Source of the DNA: Bacteroidia bacterium
Lineage (GTDB): Bacteria > Bacteroidota > Bacteroidia > UKL13-3
Direction: 5' to 3'
Length of the DNA stretch: 64,000 bases
Assembly (NCBI GenBank): GCA_044239605.1
Contig: JBIIBC010000005.1
Span: forward strand, 32,424-96,423
Shown: in pieces, positions 19,008 through 28,445 of the stretch
How the letters are laid out: the number at the start of each line of letters is the position of its first letter
How positions within the stretch are numbered: the stretch's first letter is position 1
Notes under the pieces: model-generated
What the model was told of the DNA's origin: nothing
Database searches by the model: none
The model's input: only the letters and a program-made list of their open reading frames with translations
Position numbers and translations under genes: made by a program

Positions 19008-19958
19008 TTACATTGCTAGTTTTTCTAATTCTGATAAAATTGCTTTTTCCATTTTATCTTCAAAATTATCGTAACCATTTTTAATAAACTCTAAGCCGGT
19101 AATACTTTGATACAACTCAACATAGCGATTGGTAATGCTATCAATTAAATCATCAGGGAATGTTGGTGCTGTAGCTCCCTCCTGCCCTTGAAAACCTTGG
19201 CTGATTAACCATTGACGCACAAACTCTTTAGATAATTGGCGTTGTTGCTGGTCTTTAGCTTGAATTTCATGGTAAGTATCTGCATAAAAATAACGCGATG
19301 AATCGGGAGTATGCACCTCATCCATTAACATAATTACACCATCTTTATTACCAAACTCGTATTTAGTATCAACCAAAATTAAACCTTGTTTTAAAGCAAA
19401 CTCAGTTCCAAATGCATATAATTCGCGGGTATATTTTTCAATTTGAGCAAAATCTTCAGCACTCACTAAACCTTGAGCTATAATTTCTTCTTTGCTAATA
19501 TCAGTATCGTGTCCGCTAGTAGCTTTAATTGTTGGGGTTATAATTGGTTCAGGGAACTTATCATTTTCATGCATTCCTTCAGGCATTGAAACACCGCAAA
19601 TTGTACGTTTACCACTTTTATATTCGCGCCAAGCATGACCAGTTAAATATCCTCGAATCACTATTTCAACTTGGTATGGAACACATCTATGTCCTATAGT
19701 CACATTGGTGTGAGGAGATGAAATAATCCAGTTAGGAACTATGTGTTTTGTTAAATCAAAAAAGAATGCCGCAGTTTGGTTAAGTACTTGTCCCTTATAT
19801 GGAATAGCCTTAGTCATAACTACATCAAACGCAGAAATTCTATCGGTAGCAACCATTACCAAAACATCATCATTTATATTATAAACATCTCTAACTTTAC
19901 CTCTGTAAAAGTTTTTTTGTTTTGGAAAAAAAAAGTTTGTTGCAATAATAGCTTTCAT
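19008..19958 (-). CDS. purC: phosphoribosylaminoimidazole-succinocarboxamide synthase
   Basis: It shows long-form SAICAR synthetase motifs (GKVRDVY, ATDRISAFD, LVDTKYEFG). I chose the start at MKAIIATNFFF within the track ORF. Confidence 0.9.
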   Translation of the reverse strand: MKAIIATNFFFPKQKNFYRGKVRDVYNINDDVLVMVATDRISAFDVVMTKAIPYKGQVLNQTAAFFFDLTKHIVPNWIISSPHTNVTIGHRCVPYQVEIVIRGYLTGHAWREYKSGKRTICGVSMPEGMHENDKFPEPIITPTIKATSGHDTDISKEEIIAQGLVSAEDFAQIEKYTRELYAFGTEFALKQGLILVDTKYEFGNKDGVIMLMDEVHTPDSSRYFYADTYHEIQAKDQQQRQLSKEFVRQWLISQGFQGQEGATAPTFPDDLIDSITNRYVELYQSITGLEFIKNGYDNFEDKMEKAILSELEKLAM

Positions 19959-20060
19959 ATATTTATAGAAATTAAGAAGCCACAATAATACAATTTTAAC
20001 TATTTAATTTGACCACTGTTTATAAACAAATGATATCAAAAGGTAAACAACCTTTTGGTT

Positions 20061-20594
20061 TTAGAACATTAAATCAAATTCTTGCTTAACAAAAATTAAA
20101 GCTTTATGGGTAGGTGTATCGTTTAAACTTATAATTTCTTCAAAAATGGCTTTACTTAGGTCTATACCCACACAGGTGGGGCCTAAGTTAGCGTAAGAAG
20201 TATTAATTAAATTAATCATTTCTTCTTTTACTACCCTAATCATTTGCCAGCACTGTGCTGAAACATATAATTGTTGTGAAATATTATGACTGAACTCTTG
20301 GTTAATACTAGCTATCAAATCCATTTTTAATTGTGAAGCACTAATACCAGGCTGATGAATTCGAATAACCAAACTTTCAGGACTAATACGCTCAATAAAC
20401 AAAATCATGCGTTCATAGGCTTGCAATTTTAATGGCAATAAAGTCTTTTCTTGTTCTTTTCTTAGGTCAATCATTCGCTTTTGGTACTTATCATCAAAAA
20501 ATGCTTTTTGTTGATAGTAAACCACTAAAAATATTACCAAAGCAGGTAATAAATATTTTAAAAAATCTAGGAAAAATGCAAAACTTTCGTTCAT
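20061..20594 (-). CDS. hypothetical membrane-anchored protein
   Basis: 177 aa with one N-terminal TM segment. I recognise no family. Confidence 0.45.
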   Translation of the reverse strand: MNESFAFFLDFLKYLLPALVIFLVVYYQQKAFFDDKYQKRMIDLRKEQEKTLLPLKLQAYERMILFIERISPESLVIRIHQPGISASQLKMDLIASINQEFSHNISQQLYVSAQCWQMIRVVKEEMINLINTSYANLGPTCVGIDLSKAIFEEIISLNDTPTHKALIFVKQEFDLMF

Positions 20595-20605
20595 GAATAT
20601 TTTAA

Positions 20606-21619
20606 TTAATTATTGGTTTTAACCTCTTCCGTTTGGTAATCTAAAACCTTGTTTAAATGAATGCTTTCCGCATCTATTTCTATGTTCACTTCAGTTTCAG
20701 CAAGTAAATCTTCGGATTCTGTTTCTTCAGATAAGCTATCTTCCAAATCTTCATTTATCAGATTATCATTACTTTCATAAATAGTTTCATTTGGAATTTC
20801 TTCAATTTCTTCATCAACTAAAACCTCTTCTTCCCTATTTTCAATTTTTTCTTGTTGGATAAAAAAGTCTTTAGGTGTATTTTTAAGCAATTCAAGTGCT
20901 TTTTCTGAAGCTTGCTGTTCAGCTTGTTTTTTATTGGTATGTTCGGCTTCGCCAAACACTTTTTTATTTACAATTACCGAAACTTTGAATATTTTTTGTT
21001 TTCCATGAGCTAACTCATCCAGTTTAAAATCAAGGTTCATACCCGACTTTTGAGTGTATTCAATTAGCCTGCCTTTAAAGTTTTTTTCAGTTTGTTGCAA
21101 TTTATCTACATCAATGTGCAAACGAAGCAACTTTTCAATGATAAAGTATTTTGATTTTTTAAATCCTTTGTCTAGGAATATTGCACCAATAAACGCTTCT
21201 AAACCATTGCCAAAAATGCTATTTCTAACATTGATATTTTGCATGCTTTTTTTATCGTATTCAACCAATTCGCTCAAACCAATTTTAAGAGCCAAATCGT
21301 TTAAACTAACACGACTCACAATTTTTGACCTCAATTCAGTTAAAAAACCCTCGTCTTTATATGGATATTTTTTAAATAAATATTCAGCAATTACTGAGTT
21401 TAATACTGCATCGCCCAAAAACTCTAGTCTTTCATTGCTATCTTTGCTACCGCTATTATGAATTTTACTGGCAATAGAATGATGTCTTAACGACTGCTTA
21501 TAACAACTTAGGTTTAAAGGTGTAATACCTGTAATCTGTTTTATTCTTGTAAATAAAACACGATCCTTAGAAAAATAGTATTTAAAATTAGAAAAAAAGG
21601 TAATCAAATTATTCCTCAA
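20606..21619 (-). CDS. rnc: ribonuclease III with roughly 90-aa acidic C-terminal extension
   Basis: The RNase III signature NERLEFLGDAV and a dsRBD (KGRLIEYTQK...QASEKALELL) are followed by an E/D-rich tail. Confidence 0.9.
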   Translation of the reverse strand: MRNNLITFFSNFKYYFSKDRVLFTRIKQITGITPLNLSCYKQSLRHHSIASKIHNSGSKDSNERLEFLGDAVLNSVIAEYLFKKYPYKDEGFLTELRSKIVSRVSLNDLALKIGLSELVEYDKKSMQNINVRNSIFGNGLEAFIGAIFLDKGFKKSKYFIIEKLLRLHIDVDKLQQTEKNFKGRLIEYTQKSGMNLDFKLDELAHGKQKIFKVSVIVNKKVFGEAEHTNKKQAEQQASEKALELLKNTPKDFFIQQEKIENREEEVLVDEEIEEIPNETIYESNDNLINEDLEDSLSEETESEDLLAETEVNIEIDAESIHLNKVLDYQTEEVKTNN

Positions 21620-22862
21620 ATTTCTTTATTATAATCGAAGCATTGTGGCCACCAAAACCGAATGTATTACTTAAAACTGCTTTTACCTCACGGTGCTGGG
21701 CTTTATTAAAAGTTAAATTTAATTTTGTGTCAAATGCAGGATCATCAGTAAAGTGATTGATAGTTGGAGGAATGATACCTTTATTAATGGCCAACAAACT
21801 GGCAATTGCCTCAATAGCACCAGCTCCCCCAAGTAAATGACCTGTCATTGACTTTGTAGAACTAATATTAATATTGAAAGCATGTTCTCCAAAAACAGTT
21901 TGAATAGCTTTTATTTCCTGCGGATCACCAAGTGGAGTTGATGTTCCGTGTACATTCACGTAATCAATTTCGGTTGGTTGCATACCTGCATCTAACAATG
22001 CAGCTTTCATAACATTGGCAGCACCAATTCCTTCTGGATGTGGAGCAGTCATGTGGTAAGCATCAGCAGTTGCTCCGTAACCTACTATTTCGCCATAAAT
22101 TTTAGCACCACGAGCTTTGGCATGCTCTAATTCTTCAAGCATTAATGCACCAGCACCTTCGCCTAACACAAATCCATCTCTCTCTAAATCGAATGGACGT
22201 GAGGCAGTTTCTGGACTATCATTTCTTTCAGAAAGCGCTTTCATTGAGTTAAAGCCACCCATTGCAGCTTCGTTTACTACGGCTTCTGAACCACCAGTTA
22301 AAACCATATCGGCTCTATTTGATTGAATATACATAAATGCATCTCCAATTGCGTTGGTACTTGAAGCACAAGCAGAAACAACTGCAAAGTTTGGACCTCT
22401 AAATCCGTATTTTATTGAAATTAAGCCCGCTGCAATATCAGCAATCATCATAGGAATGAAGAAAGGGCTAAAGCGAGGGGTTCCATCGCCTTTAGCAAAC
22501 GAAGTAACTTCGTCTAAGAAAGTCTTTAATCCACCAATCCCAGAAGCCCAAATTACACCTACTCTATCTTTGTTAACTGTCTCTAAATCAAGTCCGCTAT
22601 CTTTAACGGCTTCGTCAGAAGTTACCATAGCAAATTGGGTAAATCTGTCCATTCTCCTAGCATCTTTTTTATCAAGAAACTGGTTAGGATCAAAGTTTTT
22701 TACTTCGCAAGCAAATTTTGTTTTGAAATGGGTGGTATCAAATTGGGTAATTGGCGCGCTGCCACTCACCCCATTTGATAATCCATTCCAATACTCCTGC
22801 AAACTGTTACCTATTGGAGTTATAGCTCCAAGGCCAGTAATTACTACTCTGCGTTTATGCAT
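21609..22862 (-). CDS. fabF: 3-oxoacyl-ACP synthase II
   Basis: Active-site ACASS, HGTSTP and GHLLGGAG motifs are present. The gene lies downstream of acpP. Confidence 0.95.
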   Translation of the reverse strand: MHKRRVVITGLGAITPIGNSLQEYWNGLSNGVSGSAPITQFDTTHFKTKFACEVKNFDPNQFLDKKDARRMDRFTQFAMVTSDEAVKDSGLDLETVNKDRVGVIWASGIGGLKTFLDEVTSFAKGDGTPRFSPFFIPMMIADIAAGLISIKYGFRGPNFAVVSACASSTNAIGDAFMYIQSNRADMVLTGGSEAVVNEAAMGGFNSMKALSERNDSPETASRPFDLERDGFVLGEGAGALMLEELEHAKARGAKIYGEIVGYGATADAYHMTAPHPEGIGAANVMKAALLDAGMQPTEIDYVNVHGTSTPLGDPQEIKAIQTVFGEHAFNINISSTKSMTGHLLGGAGAIEAIASLLAINKGIIPPTINHFTDDPAFDTKLNLTFNKAQHREVKAVLSNTFGFGGHNASIIIKKFEE

Positions 22863-22917
22863 GTAAGATTAGTTTTGGGAGATGTTTGTTTTAATTTTTT
22901 TTGTAAAAATTAGCTGA

Positions 22918-23157
22918 TTATGCTTTTACATTTTGTTCAATGTAACTAACAGCCTGTCCAACTGTACCAATTTTTTCAGCTTGATCATCAGGAATTGCAA
23001 TATTAAATTCTTTTTCAAATTCCATAATTAGCTCTACAGTATCTAATGAATCTGCGCCTAAATCGTTTGTAAAACTTGCTTCGTCTGTAATTTCAGCTTC
23101 TTCAACACCAAGTTTGTCCATGATGATGGTTTTTACTTTTCCTTTAATTTCTGACAT
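22918..23157 (-). CDS. acpP: acyl carrier protein
   Basis: 79 aa with the phosphopantetheine site [13 protein letters not shown]. Confidence 0.95.
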   Translation of the reverse strand: MSEIKGKVKTIIMDKLGVEEAEITDEASFTNDLGADSLDTVELIMEFEKEFNIAIPDDQAEKIGTVGQAVSYIEQNVKA

Positions 23158-23412
23158 TTTTGTATTGTTTAAATTTTTAGATGTGGGTGCAAATAAAGCA
23201 GTTTTTATTAAAAAAATAAATTTTTATCTATTTCAGTAATTACTTAAGCTCGTTTTGCGGATGAATTTTGTTTTTATATATTGTTTTTTTTTTAATATTT
23301 ATGATGTAATATATTGATATTCAACGCTATTTAATTTAACATTTTATGTAGCAATTTTGTGAATAATATTTATTCTTATTGAACAATTTAACTTTCTATT
23401 AGTAGTAAATAT

Positions 23413-24057
23413 TTATATTTTTATACCATATGCTAAATCACCAGCATCACCTAAACCCGGAACTATATAACTATTTTCGTTTAAATCCTTATCAACTGCA
23501 GCCGTTATAATATTAGCTTTAGGCATAAAACGGTTTACATAAACCAAACCTTGCTCACTTGCGATGAGACTAGCAATAATAACTTTAGCAGGAACCCCAT
23601 GTTTGCAAATGGCTTGATAAGCCAAATACATGCTTCTGCCTGTAGCTAACATTGGGTCTATCAATATTACTGTTTTATCTTGCAAATTAGGCGAAGCCAT
23701 GTATTCAACTACAATTTCAAATTCTCCAGGTGCGCTATGCTTTCTGTAAGCCGATACAAATGCAGAGTCTGATTGATCAAAAAAATCTAAAAAACCTTCA
23801 TGCATAATTAACCCAGCACGTAAAATGCTGCAAACTATAGGTTGATTATTAACTACTTTCACCTCTGTGTTTGTCAATGGAGTAGTAACAGTTTTGGTTT
23901 CGTAGTTTAATTGCTTACTTACCTCGTAAGCCAATATTTGAGCTATTCTGAATAAATTTTTTCTAAACCGAAGCCCATCTTTTTGTACTTCTTTATCTCT
24001 AATTTGAGCTAAAAAATGTTGAACAATGGAGTTGTTTTCAGAAAGATTGATTAACAT
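23413..24057 (-). CDS. upp: uracil phosphoribosyltransferase
   Basis: It has the PRPP-binding VILIDPMLATGRS motif and the C-terminal YIVPGLGDAGD motif. Confidence 0.85.
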   Translation of the reverse strand: MLINLSENNSIVQHFLAQIRDKEVQKDGLRFRKNLFRIAQILAYEVSKQLNYETKTVTTPLTNTEVKVVNNQPIVCSILRAGLIMHEGFLDFFDQSDSAFVSAYRKHSAPGEFEIVVEYMASPNLQDKTVILIDPMLATGRSMYLAYQAICKHGVPAKVIIASLIASEQGLVYVNRFMPKANIITAAVDKDLNENSYIVPGLGDAGDLAYGIKI

Positions 24058-24079
24058 AAATAGAGGTAATTAAGTTAGT

Positions 24080-25276
24080 TTACTTTTTTAACGATGGTGT
24101 TTTGTAAATTTTAACTGTATCAATTTTAGAATTGTTAATGTTTGTGTTTTTTACACTTGATTTGAAAGCCTTTATTTGAAATTTCAAACTATCTTGCTTA
24201 GTCAATGTCCTAATTTTCATTACACTGTCAATCGCATTTTGAAATTTATTGATTCGCATTTTACTGGCATCATTTAAACCCATCGTAATTGGGTCTATTA
24301 AGTCTGTAGGATAAATTCTTACACCAAAATCAACTGAACCTTTTAACATAGGTGCTGCTGCAATTTGACTGTATTTTTTTAAGAAAACTAAATCCCTAGT
24401 ATTATAATTTTGACTTGAAATATTCTCAATTAGTCTACCCGTTTCCACTTCCCAAATTTTTATGCTACCATCATTGCATCCAGTTGCACAATATTTACTA
24501 TCAAAACTAAAAGCTACAGATGTTACTTTCCAACAATCAACTGGTAGTCTTTTTAATTCTTTGCCAGTTTTTACCTCCCAAATCCGAGCACTTTTATCAT
24601 TACTTCCGCTCAATAGATACTGTTGATTGGGGCTAATTTCTATGGCATTTATCATATCAGAATGACCAACAAATGAACGTTGAACTTGACCATTAGCAAC
24701 ATTTATAACTTTAATAGTTGGCTCTCTCCCTGCTACAAATACTGTTCTTGGATCATTACTCATGACCATTGAATTTACTGCACTGCCAGTATTCAACTCT
24801 CTTAATTTTTTCTGTGTTTCTAAACTCCAAATAATAATTTTACCATCATCATCGCCACTAAAAACTACTTTACCACTATTATCAAACATAACTGAATTAA
24901 TGTTGGAAACATGGCCATCATTGGCTATTAACATTTTAGTTTTTCTGAAAGTACTGTCAAATACATTTACTACAAAATCGTTTGAAGCGCTGGCTAATAA
25001 ATTTCCTTGTTTATTAAATTTTAAAGCATTGATTGGTGCTCTATGTGCATCATTAATCGATTTAATTAGTTTAAATGTAGTGTCATTGCAATTGTAAATA
25101 TTGATGGTATTATCCCAACCTGCAGATGCTAATAAATTAAATTTAAAAGAAAAAGCCAATGCATTAACATCATTAGTGTGTCCTGGTAAAATTAACTGAT
25201 GAGAGGTAAGTTGTTTTTGAGCAAAAGCACTTTGCAATACAAAAATAAAAAGTACAAATGGAATTAATTTCTTCAT
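24080..25276 (-). CDS. secreted WD40-repeat protein
   Basis: A signal peptide is followed by multiple WD-like repeats (GHTNDVNALAF, SGSNDKSARIWEV, GCNDGSIKIWEV). Confidence 0.75.
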   Translation of the reverse strand: MKKLIPFVLFIFVLQSAFAQKQLTSHQLILPGHTNDVNALAFSFKFNLLASAGWDNTINIYNCNDTTFKLIKSINDAHRAPINALKFNKQGNLLASASNDFVVNVFDSTFRKTKMLIANDGHVSNINSVMFDNSGKVVFSGDDDGKIIIWSLETQKKLRELNTGSAVNSMVMSNDPRTVFVAGREPTIKVINVANGQVQRSFVGHSDMINAIEISPNQQYLLSGSNDKSARIWEVKTGKELKRLPVDCWKVTSVAFSFDSKYCATGCNDGSIKIWEVETGRLIENISSQNYNTRDLVFLKKYSQIAAAPMLKGSVDFGVRIYPTDLIDPITMGLNDASKMRINKFQNAIDSVMKIRTLTKQDSLKFQIKAFKSSVKNTNINNSKIDTVKIYKTPSLKK

Positions 25277-25355
25277 TTTATCTTAAAAAAATATTTGTCG
25301 CAATCTAATGTTTTATAAGTAAATTCAAATAAATTTGTTGTTAAAAGTCCAAAGT

Positions 25356-26009
25356 TTAAATGTATAACCCTTTTTGCCATTTAGGATAAGATTTACAAAA
25401 CTGAGTCAGTTTACACTCATTGCATTTTGGCGATCTTGCGGTACAAGTGTATCTTCCATGTAAAATTAACCAATGGTGAGCCACAGCCACAAATTCTTCT
25501 GGTATATATTTAATTAATTCTTTTTCTGTTTGAAGTGGTGTTTTTGAATTGGTAGTTAAACCGAGGCGATTACTCACTCTAAAAACGTGTGTATCAACAG
25601 CCATGCTTGGTTGGTTATAAACCACCGAAGTAATTACATTAGCGGTTTTACGGCCTACTCCCGGCAGTTTTGTAAGAGTTTCTGTTGTTTCTGGCACTTT
25701 TCCGTTAAAATCATTTACCAACATTTGCGCCATACCAATTAAATGTTTGCTTTTATTACTTGGATAGCTAACTGATTTTATATAGTGAAAAACTTCATCA
25801 AACTCAGCTTCGGCTAATTTTTGTGGCGTTGGAAAAGCTTTAAACAATGCTGGCGAAATCATATTGATACGTTTATCGGTGCATTGGGCCGAAAGTATAA
25901 CTGCTATTAAAAGTTGAAAAGGATTTTCATAATGCAGTTCTGTTTCTGCAATTGGCTGATTAGTTTTAAAATAGTTTATAATTTGCTCAAATCGTTCTTG
26001 CTTTCTCAT
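25356..26009 (-). CDS. nth: endonuclease III
   Basis: It has HhH-GPD (LPGVGRKTANV) and a C-terminal 4Fe-4S Cys cluster (CTARSPKCNECKLTQFC). I chose the start at MRKQERF. Confidence 0.9.
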   Translation of the reverse strand: MRKQERFEQIINYFKTNQPIAETELHYENPFQLLIAVILSAQCTDKRINMISPALFKAFPTPQKLAEAEFDEVFHYIKSVSYPSNKSKHLIGMAQMLVNDFNGKVPETTETLTKLPGVGRKTANVITSVVYNQPSMAVDTHVFRVSNRLGLTTNSKTPLQTEKELIKYIPEEFVAVAHHWLILHGRYTCTARSPKCNECKLTQFCKSYPKWQKGLYI

Positions 26010-26100
26010 AAAATGGGTTTGTTTTATTTCTACAATATTATGCTCAAAATGTTTAAACAATAATTGTATTGATTATTATTGCTCCAAAATAAATAAAAAC

Positions 26101-26625
26101 ATGAAACTATTTTCAACCATTGCCTTTATTTTGGTATTTAATGTTATTGGCTTTTCGCAAAACAATGCCGATTCGTTAATGAATGCTTTTACGCCTGAAA
26201 AAAAATCGGCTAAAATATTTACCCAAAAAGCCATTCAATTTAATTCAAACGATAGCATCAATCCTGATTATGAGTTAAAAGCTGGTAATAAACTATTATT
26301 TGAATATGAGTTTAGAAGCAAAGAATACCTTCAAATAGCCGATGATGAAATAGTAGAAAGGTTAATTTTTACCATTAACCCAAAAGTAAAAAGGTTTTAC
26401 TTTAAATCATCTAATTTAAAAAACATACCCATATTATATACTCAAAGTTGTTTTTGCCGCGATGCTGGTACTTATAAAATAAGAAACGGAACATTTATAG
26501 GTACAAAAGTTAACAGCACTACTTGGAAAGTAAAAATTAAATTTAGCTATATAGCTCGTAACTCTAATTTAGTGGTAAAAAAAGCATACACATTAACTTA
26601 CAAAATAGCTAAAAATAATGACTGA
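26101..26625 (+). CDS. hypothetical secreted protein
   Basis: It has a signal peptide. I recognise no family. Confidence 0.4.
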   Translation: MKLFSTIAFILVFNVIGFSQNNADSLMNAFTPEKKSAKIFTQKAIQFNSNDSINPDYELKAGNKLLFEYEFRSKEYLQIADDEIVERLIFTINPKVKRFYFKSSNLKNIPILYTQSCFCRDAGTYKIRNGTFIGTKVNSTTWKVKIKFSYIARNSNLVVKKAYTLTYKIAKNND

Positions 26626-27100
26626 TATTTTTGAAATAAAACCTGCTACCAAAAATGATGCAGGAATCATTTTAGAATTAATAAAAGATATAGCCGAATA
26701 CGAAAAATTATCGGATCAAGTAGAAGCAACCGAAGAAAGTATTGTAAAATATTTATTTGAGGAAAAAGCTTTTGCCGAATGCTTGATTGGTTTTGAAAAC
26801 CAAGTTCCAGTTGGCTTTGCCTTGTTTTTTCATAACTACAGTACCTTTGTGAGCAAGCCCGGTATTTACTTAGAAGATTTATTTGTTAAAGAAAAATACA
26901 GAGGAAAAGGTTATGGCAAAAAACTATTGTTAAGCCTTTTGAAAATAGCACATGAGCGCAACTGCGGCAGAGTAGAATGGAGTGTATTAAATTGGAATAA
27001 ACCTGCCATTGATTTTTATGAAAACTTGGGCGCTACACCTATGAGTGAATGGACCGTTTACCGATTAAACCAAGAAGCAATAAATAAGTTAGTATTATAA
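26618..27100 (+). CDS. GNAT family N-acetyltransferase
   Basis: It has the acetyl-CoA motif KYRGKGYGKKLL and overlaps the upstream ORF by 8 nt. Confidence 0.85.
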   Translation: MTDIFEIKPATKNDAGIILELIKDIAEYEKLSDQVEATEESIVKYLFEEKAFAECLIGFENQVPVGFALFFHNYSTFVSKPGIYLEDLFVKEKYRGKGYGKKLLLSLLKIAHERNCGRVEWSVLNWNKPAIDFYENLGATPMSEWTVYRLNQEAINKLVL

Positions 27101-27595
27101 ATGATTGTAAATATATATACCGATGGTTCGGCAAGAGGAAACCCCGGAAATGGTGGTTATGGAATAGTTTTAACCAGCGGACAATTTAGAAAAGAACTTT
27201 CGGCTGGCTACCGATTAACTACTAATAACAGAATGGAGTTATTGGCTGTTATTGTAGCATTGCAACAACTAAAAAAACCAAATACACAAGTTAATATTTA
27301 TACAGATAGTAAGTATGTTTGCGATGCCATTGAAAAAAAATGGGTTTTTGGATGGAAACAAAAAAACTTTGCTGGTAAAAAAAATGGTGATTTATGGAAT
27401 GAGTTTTTGAAAATTTATGCCCAACACCAAGTAAAAATGCATTGGGTAAAAGGCCATGCAGGACATCCTGGAAATGAACGCTGCGACCAATTAGCCACAG
27501 CAGCTGCCGATGATAGAGCTAACCTAATGATTGACCATGTATATGAACAAGAACAAAAAGCCGAAAAAGGTTTATCTAAACTTTTTCATATTTAA
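27101..27595 (+). CDS. rnhA: ribonuclease HI
   Basis: YTDGSARGNPG, NNRMEL, YTDSKY and VKGHAGHPGNERCD motifs are present. Confidence 0.9.
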   Translation: MIVNIYTDGSARGNPGNGGYGIVLTSGQFRKELSAGYRLTTNNRMELLAVIVALQQLKKPNTQVNIYTDSKYVCDAIEKKWVFGWKQKNFAGKKNGDLWNEFLKIYAQHQVKMHWVKGHAGHPGNERCDQLATAAADDRANLMIDHVYEQEQKAEKGLSKLFHI

Positions 27596-27674
27596 ATAGG
27601 TTTGGCCCAATGATTTTCAGGTAAAATGTTTCTTACAATTATTTGTTTATGATTTAAGGAATAAAATTAAAATA

Positions 27675-27705
27675 CTTGTTTATGAATTAATTAAAGTTAC
27701 CTTGC
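27675..27705 (+). promoter_or_regulatory. candidate Bacteroidota-type promoter for csp (TTG -33-like at 27676-27678, TACCTTG -7-like at 27698-27704)
   Basis: The 19-nt spacing fits the published TTG / TAnnTTTG architecture, but the -7 box is one T short of consensus. Confidence 0.35.
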
Positions 27706-27731
27706 GCCTTCATATTTAATAATTTTATACA

Positions 27732-27926
27732 ATGCAAGAAGGAACAGTGAAGTTTTTTGATGAAACAAAAGGCTTCGGATTTATCACTCCATCAGAAGGA
27801 CGTGAAGACATTTTCGTACATTCAACAGGTTTAATCGACAGAATTCAAGAAAATGACAAAGTACAATTTGAAACAGAAAGAGGAAAAAAAGGTATCAATG
27901 CTGTAAGAGTGCAGGTATCAAGATAA
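27732..27926 (+). CDS. cold-shock domain protein
   Basis: It carries RNP1/RNP2-like motifs (KGFGFI, DIFVH). Confidence 0.9.
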   Translation: MQEGTVKFFDETKGFGFITPSEGREDIFVHSTGLIDRIQENDKVQFETERGKKGINAVRVQVSR

Positions 27927-27976
27927 TATTCTAATTTTATTACAAAATTTTATTTACAATTAATTACAACAAAACA

Positions 27977-28168
27977 ATGCAAGAAGGAACAGTTAAGTTT
28001 TTTAACGAAACAAAAGGATTTGGTTTTATTTCACCAGCTAATGGTGGAGAAGATATTTTCGTACATTCATCTGGTTTAATAGACAGAATTAGAGAAAATG
28101 ACAAAGTAACATTTGAAGAAGAAAGAGGAAAAAAAGGCATGAACGCAGTACGTGTTCAAGTTGCTTAA
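27977..28168 (+). CDS. cold-shock domain protein (tandem paralog)
   Basis: It has the same motifs as the upstream csp gene and diverges from it at many synonymous and some nonsynonymous positions. Confidence 0.9.
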   Translation: MQEGTVKFFNETKGFGFISPANGGEDIFVHSSGLIDRIRENDKVTFEEERGKKGMNAVRVQVA

Positions 28169-28192
28169 TATTTATTTTTATATTCAATACCA

Positions 28193-28224
28193 AAAGCCTG
28201 TAATGAAAATTACAGGCTTTTTTA
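28193..28224 (+). terminator. Rho-independent terminator after csp pair
   Basis: A 12-bp stem AAAGCCTGTAAT/ATTACAGGCTTT has a GAAA loop and is followed by a T-run. Confidence 0.85.
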
Positions 28225-28445
28225 TTTAAAAAAATTTTATTGGATTGACTAAAAAATGAGTGGTTATGTTATAAAAATGATTTGCTTTTTATTATTCATA
28301 ATTTTAAAAAAAGGCCTATTATAGATTTAAGTAAATTATAACAAAAAATCAAAAAAAGGAAAGTACTTTGCAACGTTTTGCTAAAAAATATACATAATAT
28401 ATATTAAATTGACATTTTAATTCATTGAAAAAATAAGATAAGCAT

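Noticed and set aside
22117-22866. Two plus-strand ORFs (69 and 170 aa) inside fabF
   Set aside because: They are antisense shadow ORFs of a highly conserved gene. Their composition is low-complexity and Ser/Pro/Ala-rich, with no recognisable motifs.
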